Notes under the pieces: generated by a model
Databases searched by the model: none
What the model was told of the DNA's origin: nothing
The model's input: the letters and a program-made list of their open reading frames with translations, nothing else
NCBI GenBank assembly: GCA_030167145.1
Contig: CP126532.1
Coordinates: 780,001-812,000, forward strand
Direction of reading: 5' to 3'
Source: Ktedonobacterales bacterium
GTDB taxonomy: Bacteria; Chloroflexota; Ktedonobacteria; Ktedonobacterales; JADMIN01
Length of the DNA: 32,000 nucleotides
Translations under genes and position numbers: made by a program
In this document: piece after piece, positions 23,311 through 31,190 of the stretch
How positions within the stretch are numbered: the stretch's first letter is position 1
How the letters are laid out: each line of letters opens with the position of its first letter

Positions 23311-25650
23311 TTAGGCGCTTGGTTCGTCGAGCGCGAAGCCGACCAACACGCTACCTGCCCAACCAAAGACGGCGAGTTGTGTGCCATTCGAAGTGTAGGC
23401 GGGCTGGGCAAGATGTGTCAGCGGGGCGTTGTAGACGTACTGCGCTCCCAGCCCCAGGCCGGGGCCAGAGGAGCTGGCGACGAAGCGCACGATGCGATTG
23501 GCGGCGCTATCGCCAACGAAGATGTGTGTGCGCAGGGCAGGATCAGCCGCAAGGGTAGCGCCGGTGAAGGTCGCGTCGCTGGCGGTGGTCGCGGCGGAAC
23601 TGCCATTGACCACGGTGGGCACTGGCGTTGCCGAGCCGTATGCGGTGGGATCATCGGTGGTAAGCGGGTTCTGCAATTGCACGGGGAGCGGCTGCCAGGT
23701 TTGCTTGGCGTCAAGCTGACCAAGCGTGCCATCGCCGAGCAAACCATATACCGTGCCGTTCGTGGCGACAACCGCTGTGGCTGGCTGTGGTATCGCGATG
23801 GCTTTGGTGGTGAACTTTGGCGCTTTGCCGGTGATCATCCACAGGCCAGGCGTGCCACTGGAACCCGGTTTGTAGGCGACATACATCGCGCCACCAGCGG
23901 CAGCGAGCGCGGTGGGTGTTTCGCCGTTACGGGTGTCGAGCGAGAAGCTGCTGGCTACTTTGATTTGTGGCGTGCCAGCGGCAGTAGCGCCATTGGGTAC
24001 GATAGTGAGCACCTGATAGGCGCCGTTGCTCTGCTGCGTGAGGGCGTAGAGCGTCGTGCCATCGCTTGCCAGTGTGACGACGGCGGAGACGTTCGGCAGG
24101 TGCTCGGCGTCGCAGGCGATAGCGCCGCTAGCTGGCTGGCCATCGGCGGAGAGCGGCGCTACCAACTGATAGAGTGCGCCACTATTTACGGCGTACAGCG
24201 TTACAGATGCAGGAGGCGGCGAGCCTGCTTTGCCGGGAGGGGGCGTCAGGGCGGTCATCGCGGTGGCGGTGGTGAGCGCAACGGGAGACGCCGATGTGGC
24301 TGCGGCGGTATCTGTGCAACTGATGTTGTACGTGTGAACGCCGGCAACGTTGATGGGCTTAATCAGGGCAGCGGCATTGTAGCGCTGCACGGCACTACGC
24401 ACGGCGGGTGTGAGCTGATTGTCGAGCACTGACTGGGCATCGCGTGTGGACTGCGAATCCAATAGGGGATTGTTCAGATCATTGAATAGGCGCTGTTGCG
24501 CATCGGAGAGCGCCGCGAGCGCAGTAGCGGGATCCTGCTGTGGCGCGGCTTGTGCAGCCTGCTTTGCCTGATTCACATCTTGCTGTAGCTGGGCCGTTGC
24601 CGCGCGTGTCTGCGCGAGCGGGCCAAAGCCGAAGTCCCAGCCGCCCACAGCGAGGACAAGCACGGCTACCAGGGCGAGAATCGCTGTAGCAGCACCGCCC
24701 TTCCGCCTACGCACGGCGGGTTTCGGCGCTGCCCATACCGGAGGCTTTTCGACGGGCGTAAGATGCGTTGACTGCTGCTTACTACGCGCAGCGGCGAGCG
24801 CTGCGGCCGAGATTGCTGGCATGGGTTGAGTGATCGTCGGTTCGTCGTCTTCGGAGGGGATGACGATTTCGCCGGTGGTGGCTGGCACTTCGAGCAATTG
24901 CACGACGAGCGCGGTGATGTTATCGGGTCCACCGTTGGCGTTGGCCATTTCTATGAGATGGGCGACACCGGCTTCTGGATCGGTATGCTCGACCATCTCG
25001 CGCTCGATCTCGCTCTCCTCGACATAGCCGTGGAGGCCATCACTACAGAGGAGAATGCGGTCGCCGTCGCGGAGAGTTTCGATGAAGAGATCGGCGTTCA
25101 CGGTGGGCTGCGTGCCGAGACTGCGGGTGATGACGTTGCGGTGAGCGTGCGTGCGGGCTTGTTCTTCCGTCAGCACGCCAGCGCGGACTTGCTCGGCCAC
25201 CCAGGAATGGTCCTGGGTGATCTGGCGCATCTTGCCATCGCGCACGAGATACGCACGACTATCACCGATGTTGACGAAGTAGGCGCGGCCACCCTGGATG
25301 ACGAGGACAACGCAGGTGGTGCCCATGCCGGCAGATTCAGGATGTTCGTGGGAGTAGGTGAATATGGATTCGTTGGCGCGCTTGATAGCATGAGCGATAC
25401 GGCTGATGATGTTGTCGCCGGTGCTGGAGTAATATTTCTCGCGAACCGTGTTGACGCCAATTTCGGCGGCCACTTCGCCTGAGGCATGCCCGCCCATGCC
25501 GTCACAGACGACGAACAGCGCACCTTTCTCGGCCAATACTTTTTCGTCCGCCGGAACCAAGTGTGTTGTATTATCTTGATTACGCTCGCGCCGCTGGCCA
25601 ACATCGGTCAGCCCTGCCGCCGCGAGGCGAAGCTTCTTTGCCAACACCAT
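23311..25650 (-). CDS. PP2C-family Ser/Thr phosphatase fused via one TM helix to a large repeat-containing extracytoplasmic domain
   Basis: The PP2C motifs GLTDVGQRRERNQD, FVVCDGMGGHASGE, LLCSDGLHG and GGPDNITALVV span aa 1-250. A Pro-rich linker follows. The TM helix is AATAILALVAVLVLAVGGW (nt 24637-24696). A further ~440 aa carry recurring strand-like motifs (LYAVNSGALYQL, LYALTQQSNGAYQVL, MYVAYKPG, VYGLLGDGTLGQL, ANRIVRF, LAVFGW). Confidence 0.85.
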   Translation of the reverse strand: MVLAKKLRLAAAGLTDVGQRRERNQDNTTHLVPADEKVLAEKGALFVVCDGMGGHASGEVAAEIGVNTVREKYYSSTGDNIISRIAHAIKRANESIFTYSHEHPESAGMGTTCVVLVIQGGRAYFVNIGDSRAYLVRDGKMRQITQDHSWVAEQVRAGVLTEEQARTHAHRNVITRSLGTQPTVNADLFIETLRDGDRILLCSDGLHGYVEESEIEREMVEHTDPEAGVAHLIEMANANGGPDNITALVVQLLEVPATTGEIVIPSEDDEPTITQPMPAISAAALAAARSKQQSTHLTPVEKPPVWAAPKPAVRRRKGGAATAILALVAVLVLAVGGWDFGFGPLAQTRAATAQLQQDVNQAKQAAQAAPQQDPATALAALSDAQQRLFNDLNNPLLDSQSTRDAQSVLDNQLTPAVRSAVQRYNAAALIKPINVAGVHTYNISCTDTAAATSASPVALTTATAMTALTPPPGKAGSPPPASVTLYAVNSGALYQLVAPLSADGQPASGAIACDAEHLPNVSAVVTLASDGTTLYALTQQSNGAYQVLTIVPNGATAAGTPQIKVASSFSLDTRNGETPTALAAAGGAMYVAYKPGSSGTPGLWMITGKAPKFTTKAIAIPQPATAVVATNGTVYGLLGDGTLGQLDAKQTWQPLPVQLQNPLTTDDPTAYGSATPVPTVVNGSSAATTASDATFTGATLAADPALRTHIFVGDSAANRIVRFVASSSGPGLGLGAQYVYNAPLTHLAQPAYTSNGTQLAVFGWAGSVLVGFALDEPSA

Positions 25651-25706
25651 CCTCCCCGCCTGATCTTTGCGCGCTCAGCCCACACAGGCCGCTGTAGACG
25701 CAGCCT

Positions 25707-25735
25707 ATCATACACCTGCTTCCTCAAAAACGCAA
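25707..25735 (-). promoter_or_regulatory. putative sigma70-type promoter for the PP2C gene
   Basis: The minus strand reads TTGCGT (25735-25730), a 17-nt spacer, then TATGAT (25712-25707). It lies ~55 nt upstream of ATG 25650. Confidence 0.4.
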
Positions 25736-25799
25736 CGTGAGCAGCCCGAAAAAGCAGGGTCAGAAGTAGTGTGGCGCACAGTCACTGGCGTATGCCACC

Positions 25800-25808
25800 T
25801 GCTACAAT
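25800..25808 (+). promoter_or_regulatory. extended -10 element TGCTACAAT upstream of the Sua5/TsaC gene
   Basis: TGCTACAAT sits in the context CCACCTGCTACAATG, nearly identical to the pepA promoter context CCACCTCTGCTACAATG. It lies ~90 nt upstream of GTG 25899. Confidence 0.35.
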
Positions 25809-25898
25809 GTGCCTACATTACGTATCAACGAACGAGATGGACTGGATGGACAGTTCCTCTGTGTATCGTACCAATACACCTATCTTTGGAGGCTGGTT

Positions 25899-26984
25899 GT
25901 GGGAGGTTCGTCCAAGCGACTTCAGACGGAACTGCTACACGCTCAACAGGGCGATATGGGGGATCCGGCAGTGCGGCGCGTGGCGGAATTGCTGCGCGGT
26001 GGCCGTCTTGTGGCGTTTCCAACCGAGACGGTCTATGGGTTGGGGGCGGACGCAACGAACGCTGAGGCGGTGGCGGGCATCTTTCAGGCAAAAGGGCGAC
26101 CGCACAGTGATCCGCTGATTGTGCATCTGGCGAGCGCAGAGGCGCTGCCAACGGTCGCCGCGAGCATTCCGCCGCTGGCAGTGCGGCTGGCGAACCAATT
26201 TTGGCCAGGACCACTGACGCTGATTTTGCCACGTGCGGAGCAAATTCCGCCGATTGTGGCGGCGGGAGGCGACACGGTGGGCGTGCGTGTGCCGGGGCAT
26301 GCGGTGGCGCTGGCGCTGCTGCGTGTGGCGGGCGTGCCGGTGGCAGCGCCAAGCGCCAACCGCTTTATGCACACGAGCCCGACGACGGCGGCGCATGTGC
26401 TGGCAGATCTGGACGGGCGCATTGACGCGGTACTGGATGCGGGGCCATGCGCGATTGGCGTGGAGTCCACGGTGCTGGATGTAACGGTGAGTCCGCCACG
26501 GGTGCTGCGGCCAGGCGGAGTGACGCTGGAGGCGCTGCGAACTGTAGCGCCGGATGTGGTGGGGCTGGAGCCGGGCGTGACAAGCGAGCCGGTCGCCGCT
26601 GAACACGTGGCGCGTGCGCCGGGGCAGATGGAGCGCCACTATGCGCCACGGACGCGCCTGATTGTCTTCGATGCACAGGGCGCGGAGGCGCTGGCGGCGA
26701 TACGGGCCGAGGCCGAGGCGGCGCTGGCGCGAGGCGAGCGCGTGGGCGCGCTGTTGGCCGACGAAGAGGCGGAGGCGCTGGCGGGGTTGCCGGTGACGGT
26801 GGCGCGGCTGGGGTCGCATACGAGTCTCACGGAGATTTCGCGGCGGCTGTATGCGGCGTTGCGCGAGATGGATGAACTAGGACTCGATGTGATCGTTGCG
26901 CATACATTTGGCATGGAGGGGATGGGGCTGGCGCTGTGGGACCGGCTGCGGCGCGCGGCTGGGGGAGAGATGCGGAGGCTTTAG
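25899..26984 (+). CDS. tsaC: L-threonylcarbamoyladenylate synthase (Sua5/YwlC type: YrdC domain + Sua5 C-terminal domain)
   Basis: RLVAFPTETVYGLGADA, KGRPHSDPLIVH, WPGPLTLIL, VRVPGH and APSANRF are present, plus a ~140-aa C-terminal Sua5-like domain. GTG 25899 has GGAGG 6 nt upstream. ATG 25956 and ATG 25809 are alternatives. Confidence 0.88.
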   Translation: MGGSSKRLQTELLHAQQGDMGDPAVRRVAELLRGGRLVAFPTETVYGLGADATNAEAVAGIFQAKGRPHSDPLIVHLASAEALPTVAASIPPLAVRLANQFWPGPLTLILPRAEQIPPIVAAGGDTVGVRVPGHAVALALLRVAGVPVAAPSANRFMHTSPTTAAHVLADLDGRIDAVLDAGPCAIGVESTVLDVTVSPPRVLRPGGVTLEALRTVAPDVVGLEPGVTSEPVAAEHVARAPGQMERHYAPRTRLIVFDAQGAEALAAIRAEAEAALARGERVGALLADEEAEALAGLPVTVARLGSHTSLTEISRRLYAALREMDELGLDVIVAHTFGMEGMGLALWDRLRRAAGGEMRRL

Positions 26985-27004
26985 AGTATCGTTGGAGATT
27001 CGCC

Positions 27005-27472
27005 ATGCCTATCAGATTCGCAGATGTCGGTCAGAATATCTATGACTTTGGCGATGTCTTTTGGGTCCAGTGTCCGCGCTGCCAGTGGCGCGCTCGTGTA
27101 GCAGCGGTGTCCTCTGCCAATGAGAAGGCGCCCGGCTGGCTCTTCGGGCCAAGAAGGCTGACATGTAAGCACTGTAGCCTCTCTAAAGACTGCGCTGGCA
27201 ATGGCTTTGGCATTGGAAGGCAGCCAGAGGATTGGTACTTTGGCCTGTCGCTCTGGCTGCAAACGCCGTGTTGTGGGCAGGTCTTGTGGGCGTACAATGA
27301 GCGACATCTGGCATTTCTGGAGCAGTACGTGGGCGCGACACTGCGAGAGACAACGCTGGAGGCCGGAAACAGAAGTCTGGCAAGCCGCTTGCCGCGCTGG
27401 ATCAAGAGCGGGCAGCATCGCGAGGAGGTGCTGGCGGGGCTGCGGAGGCTGCGGGCGCTGCTTGAGGAGTGA
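27005..27472 (+). CDS. hypothetical Cys-rich (zinc-ribbon-like) protein
   Basis: ATG 27005 has TGGAG 7 nt upstream. The ORF is 155 aa. It carries CPRC ... CKHC pairs (VQCPRCQWRARV ... LTCKHCSL), then DWYFGLSLWLQTPCCGQVLWAYNERHLAFLEQYV and a basic helical tail. I cannot assign it to a family. Confidence 0.6.
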   Translation: MPIRFADVGQNIYDFGDVFWVQCPRCQWRARVAAVSSANEKAPGWLFGPRRLTCKHCSLSKDCAGNGFGIGRQPEDWYFGLSLWLQTPCCGQVLWAYNERHLAFLEQYVGATLRETTLEAGNRSLASRLPRWIKSGQHREEVLAGLRRLRALLEE

Positions 27473-27478
27473 TGCAGT

Positions 27479-28402
27479 TTACGATAGCTCGGCGGCGCGC
27501 AATTCGGCGGTGCCGAGAAGGCCGGCGAGGGCGGCATAGAAGCGTTGCGGCTCTTGCAGGAAGGGGAGATGGCCGGCGTTGGGCAGAGTGACTTCCAGCG
27601 CGCCATGGCTGCCGATGGCCTCGGCGGTGCGGCGGGCATCGGCGGCGGTGACGAGTGGGTCGAGCGCGCCACGGATGACGACAGTGGCGGCGGTCATTTC
27701 CCCAGCGGTTGCGAGCAGATCGGGCGCGGATGTGCGGAGGCTGCGCCAGAGCGCGGCCAGCGCAGCGGTGGAGGCGGCGGCGTCGCTGGCGGCGCGGAGC
27801 GCGCGGTGGCGTTCGAGGACTGACTCAACGGCGTCATTGGTGGGGCCGAGCAGCAGCGACGTGGCGAGCGGGTGCAGACGGCGGAGGAGTCCGGGCGAGG
27901 CGGCGGCACGGCTGACGAGCTGCGACGTCAGATCGGGGCGCGAGAAGCCTGCTGGGGAGACAAGCGCCAGACCGAGCACACGCTTGGGATGTTGTTGGGC
28001 GTAAGCGAACGCGATGGCGGCGCCGATACCATTGCCAAGCAGCACTGCGCGCGCGATGCCCATGCCGTCGAGCCAACCAGAGAAGATGTCTCCCAAGTTG
28101 CCGACATCATAGGCGAAGTCGCTTGGTGATGGTTTCGCCGATGCGCCGAAGCCCGGCCAATCAAGCGCGAAGGCGCGACGCTCGGTGGCGAAATGGGCCA
28201 GGATTGGCTCGTAGTCGCGCCAGACGAAGCCAGCGGAAGGCAGCACGACGAGCGGCACGCGCGTCATGAACGCGCGGGGTGCGTCGTTCATTGCAGAGGC
28301 GAGGCGCAGCCCGTTGACGACGACGCCGCGCTCGGCGATGTGGGGCGCTGGCGCGCTGGCGGGTTGCGGGTTGTCGCTCGTCGTGCTGGATTCCTGGCTC
28401 AT
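27479..28402 (-). CDS. alpha/beta-hydrolase-fold protein with Gly in place of the nucleophile Ser
   Basis: ALDWPGFGAS is present. The nucleophile elbow reads LLGNGIGAAIA (GGT codon at 28028-28030) where G-x-S-x-G is expected. The acid (RGALDPLV) and His (LPNAGHLPFLQEP) contexts are retained. ATG 28402 follows GGAG. The ORF is open to GTG 28411. Confidence 0.8.
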   Translation of the reverse strand: MSQESSTTSDNPQPASAPAPHIAERGVVVNGLRLASAMNDAPRAFMTRVPLVVLPSAGFVWRDYEPILAHFATERRAFALDWPGFGASAKPSPSDFAYDVGNLGDIFSGWLDGMGIARAVLLGNGIGAAIAFAYAQQHPKRVLGLALVSPAGFSRPDLTSQLVSRAAASPGLLRRLHPLATSLLLGPTNDAVESVLERHRALRAASDAAASTAALAALWRSLRTSAPDLLATAGEMTAATVVIRGALDPLVTAADARRTAEAIGSHGALEVTLPNAGHLPFLQEPQRFYAALAGLLGTAELRAAELS

Positions 28403-28504
28403 GCGCTCCACATTTCACGCTGCGGTTCGTTCGGTGCGCCGGTCGCGTACACCTCGCATAGTATAGCAGCGCGCGCCAGAGCGCAGGCGAATGGCTGATG
28501 GATA

Positions 28505-29689
28505 CTACGCGGGCTGCTCGGCGCTAACCGGCGTGAAGGTGACTTCGAGGGCGCTATCTACCATGCGGGCAACGGTCGCTTCCATTGGCGCGAGCAGGGT
28601 GGGAAGAGCGATGTCGCGCTTGAAGTTGCCAATCTCGACGATCAACTCGTCACCCTTCTTGACCATACCGACCTTGCCCATCTCGACGTGAGGCAGGGGC
28701 AGGCGCAAAACGTAGGTATCGCCGCGTTTCACCAACTCTTGCGGTGAGCCACGGAAGTACACGCGGGTGGGGTCGTCGCCGTCCCAGATTTCACTGGCCA
28801 GTGTGGCGAGCGCGTCCGCGCCCAGAATCTCGCGGGAGTGATAGGGAGCGTCCCAGACGGGCAGCGGGGCGAATGTGCTGTGAATCTGGTCGTAGTAGAC
28901 TCGCTGTTGCGCCACCATTTCGCGGAGCAGGGCATCGTGGTATTCACCGTCGGCGGAAGTCGGCAGCACGCGGTTGCAGAGCACGCCATCAATGGGGTAG
29001 CCGAAGAGCGCGAGATAGGTTTCGGCGCGGAGTCCTTCTTTGATGACCATCTTTTCGGGGTTGACTACCAGGCGGTAGGAGCTGGTGTCGGGGTCGGTCA
29101 GCACGCCACGGAGAACCGCGACCTGTTCGTTGAGCTTCTGGAGCGATTCAAGCACATTGACGCCCGGCAGGAAGGTTTTGAGCAGGGGCTTGGCGGCGCT
29201 CATGGCGAGATTGCGCCAGCCTTTGGCCTGGTTGGCGTACCAGAGGAACGTTTCGGGCATGCTCAGGAGGCGAACCGTCTCGCCGGTGGGCGCGGCGTCA
29301 ATCACGACGACATCGTATGCGCCATCCTGGGCCTGCCGGTGAATGTTGAGCAGCGCGACGATCTCATCCATGCCAGGGATGAGCGCCATCTCTTCGGCGG
29401 CCACATCGTTGATGCCCTGCTTTTTGAGGACGCCGGTGACGTAATCCTGAACGCTGGCCCAATGGGAACGAATCTCATCCAGCGCGTTGATCTCCTGCGC
29501 CCAGAGATTGCTGGTGATGCGCTTTGGCTCGCTGCCAAGGGTGGTATCGAGGGCATCGGCCAGGCTGTGGGCCAAGTCGGTGCTAACCACAAGCGTTCGT
29601 TTGCCAAGCTGGGCGGAGCGGGCGGCGGTCGCGGCGGCAAGGGTGGTTTTGCCGACGCCGCCTTTACCGAGATAGAGAATCAAGCGCAT
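28505..29689 (-). CDS. ArsA/Get3-family ATPase with C-terminal HSP20-like domain
   Basis: ATG 29689 (MRLILYLGKGGVGKTT, deviant Walker A) has GAGGAG 9 nt upstream. LVVSTDLAHSLAD and VVIDAAPTGETVRLLSMPE are present. The C-terminal ~80 aa (YVLRLPLPHVEMGKVGMVKKGDELIVEIGNFKRDIALP) resemble the ArsA_HSP20 module. The 63-aa upstream extension of the listed ORF is rejected. Confidence 0.85.
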   Translation of the reverse strand: MRLILYLGKGGVGKTTLAAATAARSAQLGKRTLVVSTDLAHSLADALDTTLGSEPKRITSNLWAQEINALDEIRSHWASVQDYVTGVLKKQGINDVAAEEMALIPGMDEIVALLNIHRQAQDGAYDVVVIDAAPTGETVRLLSMPETFLWYANQAKGWRNLAMSAAKPLLKTFLPGVNVLESLQKLNEQVAVLRGVLTDPDTSSYRLVVNPEKMVIKEGLRAETYLALFGYPIDGVLCNRVLPTSADGEYHDALLREMVAQQRVYYDQIHSTFAPLPVWDAPYHSREILGADALATLASEIWDGDDPTRVYFRGSPQELVKRGDTYVLRLPLPHVEMGKVGMVKKGDELIVEIGNFKRDIALPTLLAPMEATVARMVDSALEVTFTPVSAEQPA

Positions 29690-29937
29690 TGAGTAGGACT
29701 CCTCACGAGTGATGGTGTTGCAGGCCGCGCTGATATGGGTTGTGTTGGCAAGAACGCGCGACGAGATGCCGTGGTACTGGCGTTGCACTCGCAGAAGTTT
29801 ACGCAGGATGGGAGATGGAGTTGTAGCGCATGGGTGGATTGGCGGCCACGCACTGGCGCTGGCAGGCTGGATGTGCAATCGGCGCGAAGGCCCAATACAG
29901 GGCCACCCGCGGCCACAAATGGCCGGCGCACGAAACG

Positions 29938-31137
29938 CTAGCTCAGCCGCAAGAGGAGGGCTTTGAGATAGCGATCTTCGGCGAAGCCGGGCAATGTTGG
30001 GTGGTCAATGCTTGGCCCGAAGGTGGCGAGCAACTGGGCCGAGCGTGTCGCGCGGGAGACTCCAAGCTGGACGGCGTTCTCGAAATCTGCCGCATTCACG
30101 CCGCCGGAACACGAGCAGGTGAGGAGCAGCCCATTTGGCGCGACAGTACGCGCAGCATGGGCGTTGAGCGTTTCGTAGCCACGCAGCGCGCGATCTTTCA
30201 TGCTCAGATTTTTGGCAAACGCGGGTGGGTCTACGATGACGACATCGAATGCACGGCCTTCGTGAGCGCACTGCTGCAAGAAACGATTGACGTCACTGGC
30301 GGTGAATTCGTGCGCGGCGGGATCATGGCTGTTCAGGGCATAGTTGCGGCGGGCGAGGTCTAGCGCGGCATCGGAGGAATCCACGTTCACGGTGTGGAGG
30401 GCGGGATTGCGGGCAAGCGCGGCGAGTGCGAATCCGCCGGAATAGGAGAAGGTGTTGAGCAGGCTATGCGCGTGCAGCGCGGCATCGCCGATCAGCGCTC
30501 GCTTATCGCGTTGGTCCAGAAAAAAGCCGGTCTTTTGGCCGTGCCAGGGGTCAACGAGATAATGCACATCATGCTCGATGATGGTGAGTGTTTCGGGGAC
30601 GGTTCCGGCGGCGAGGGACGCGCCGCCAAGCGCCAGACCTTCGCGCGCTCGCGCTTTGATGTCGTCGCGGGCGAGAATGCCGTCGGGGCGCACCACCTGC
30701 TCAAGAGCGGCGAGGATGTGAGGCCGGTCGCGGTCGGCGCCAGCGGTATGGAATTGCACGCTGAGCCAGCGGTCATAGCGATCTACGATCAGGCCGGGGA
30801 GATAGTCCGCTTCGGCGTTGACGAGGCGATAGGCGTTGACCGAAGCGGGCAGAAGCGCGCGCAGAGCGAGGGCGCGCGCGATGCGGCGAGCGTAAAACGG
30901 GGTGTCAATGGTCTCGTCGGGGTCGAGTGTGAGCACGCGGAAGGCGAGGCTGTTGCGGACGTTGACATGGCCACGGGCAATCCATTCACCGCTGCTGCTC
31001 ACGACATCCGCGACTGCGCCAGGGGGGATGTCCTGCGGGAGTTCACGAAAGGCGCCGGAGAAGACCCAGGGATGCCCGCGACGAATGGTATATTCGCGCC
31101 CTGAGCGCAGATGGAGGGTAGGGTGGGATTCTGTCAT
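29938..31137 (-). CDS. rlmI: class I SAM-dependent rRNA methyltransferase (RlmI/YccW-like, PUA + MTase)
   Basis: The N-terminal LRSGREYTIRRGHPWVFSGAF matches the RlmI start. The SAM-binding region is LLNTFSYSGGFALAA, followed by VIVDPPAFAK. ATG 31137 fits the family N-terminus. GTG 31194, which overlaps the upstream stop as GTGA, is the alternative. Confidence 0.8.
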   Translation of the reverse strand: MTESHPTLHLRSGREYTIRRGHPWVFSGAFRELPQDIPPGAVADVVSSSGEWIARGHVNVRNSLAFRVLTLDPDETIDTPFYARRIARALALRALLPASVNAYRLVNAEADYLPGLIVDRYDRWLSVQFHTAGADRDRPHILAALEQVVRPDGILARDDIKARAREGLALGGASLAAGTVPETLTIIEHDVHYLVDPWHGQKTGFFLDQRDKRALIGDAALHAHSLLNTFSYSGGFALAALARNPALHTVNVDSSDAALDLARRNYALNSHDPAAHEFTASDVNRFLQQCAHEGRAFDVVIVDPPAFAKNLSMKDRALRGYETLNAHAARTVAPNGLLLTCSCSGGVNAADFENAVQLGVSRATRSAQLLATFGPSIDHPTLPGFAEDRYLKALLLRLS

Positions 31138-31190
31138 GGCGGACTGTAGCGCCTCTCTGTTCGCGGTTTGGTTCACGAGTGAAGATAGTA

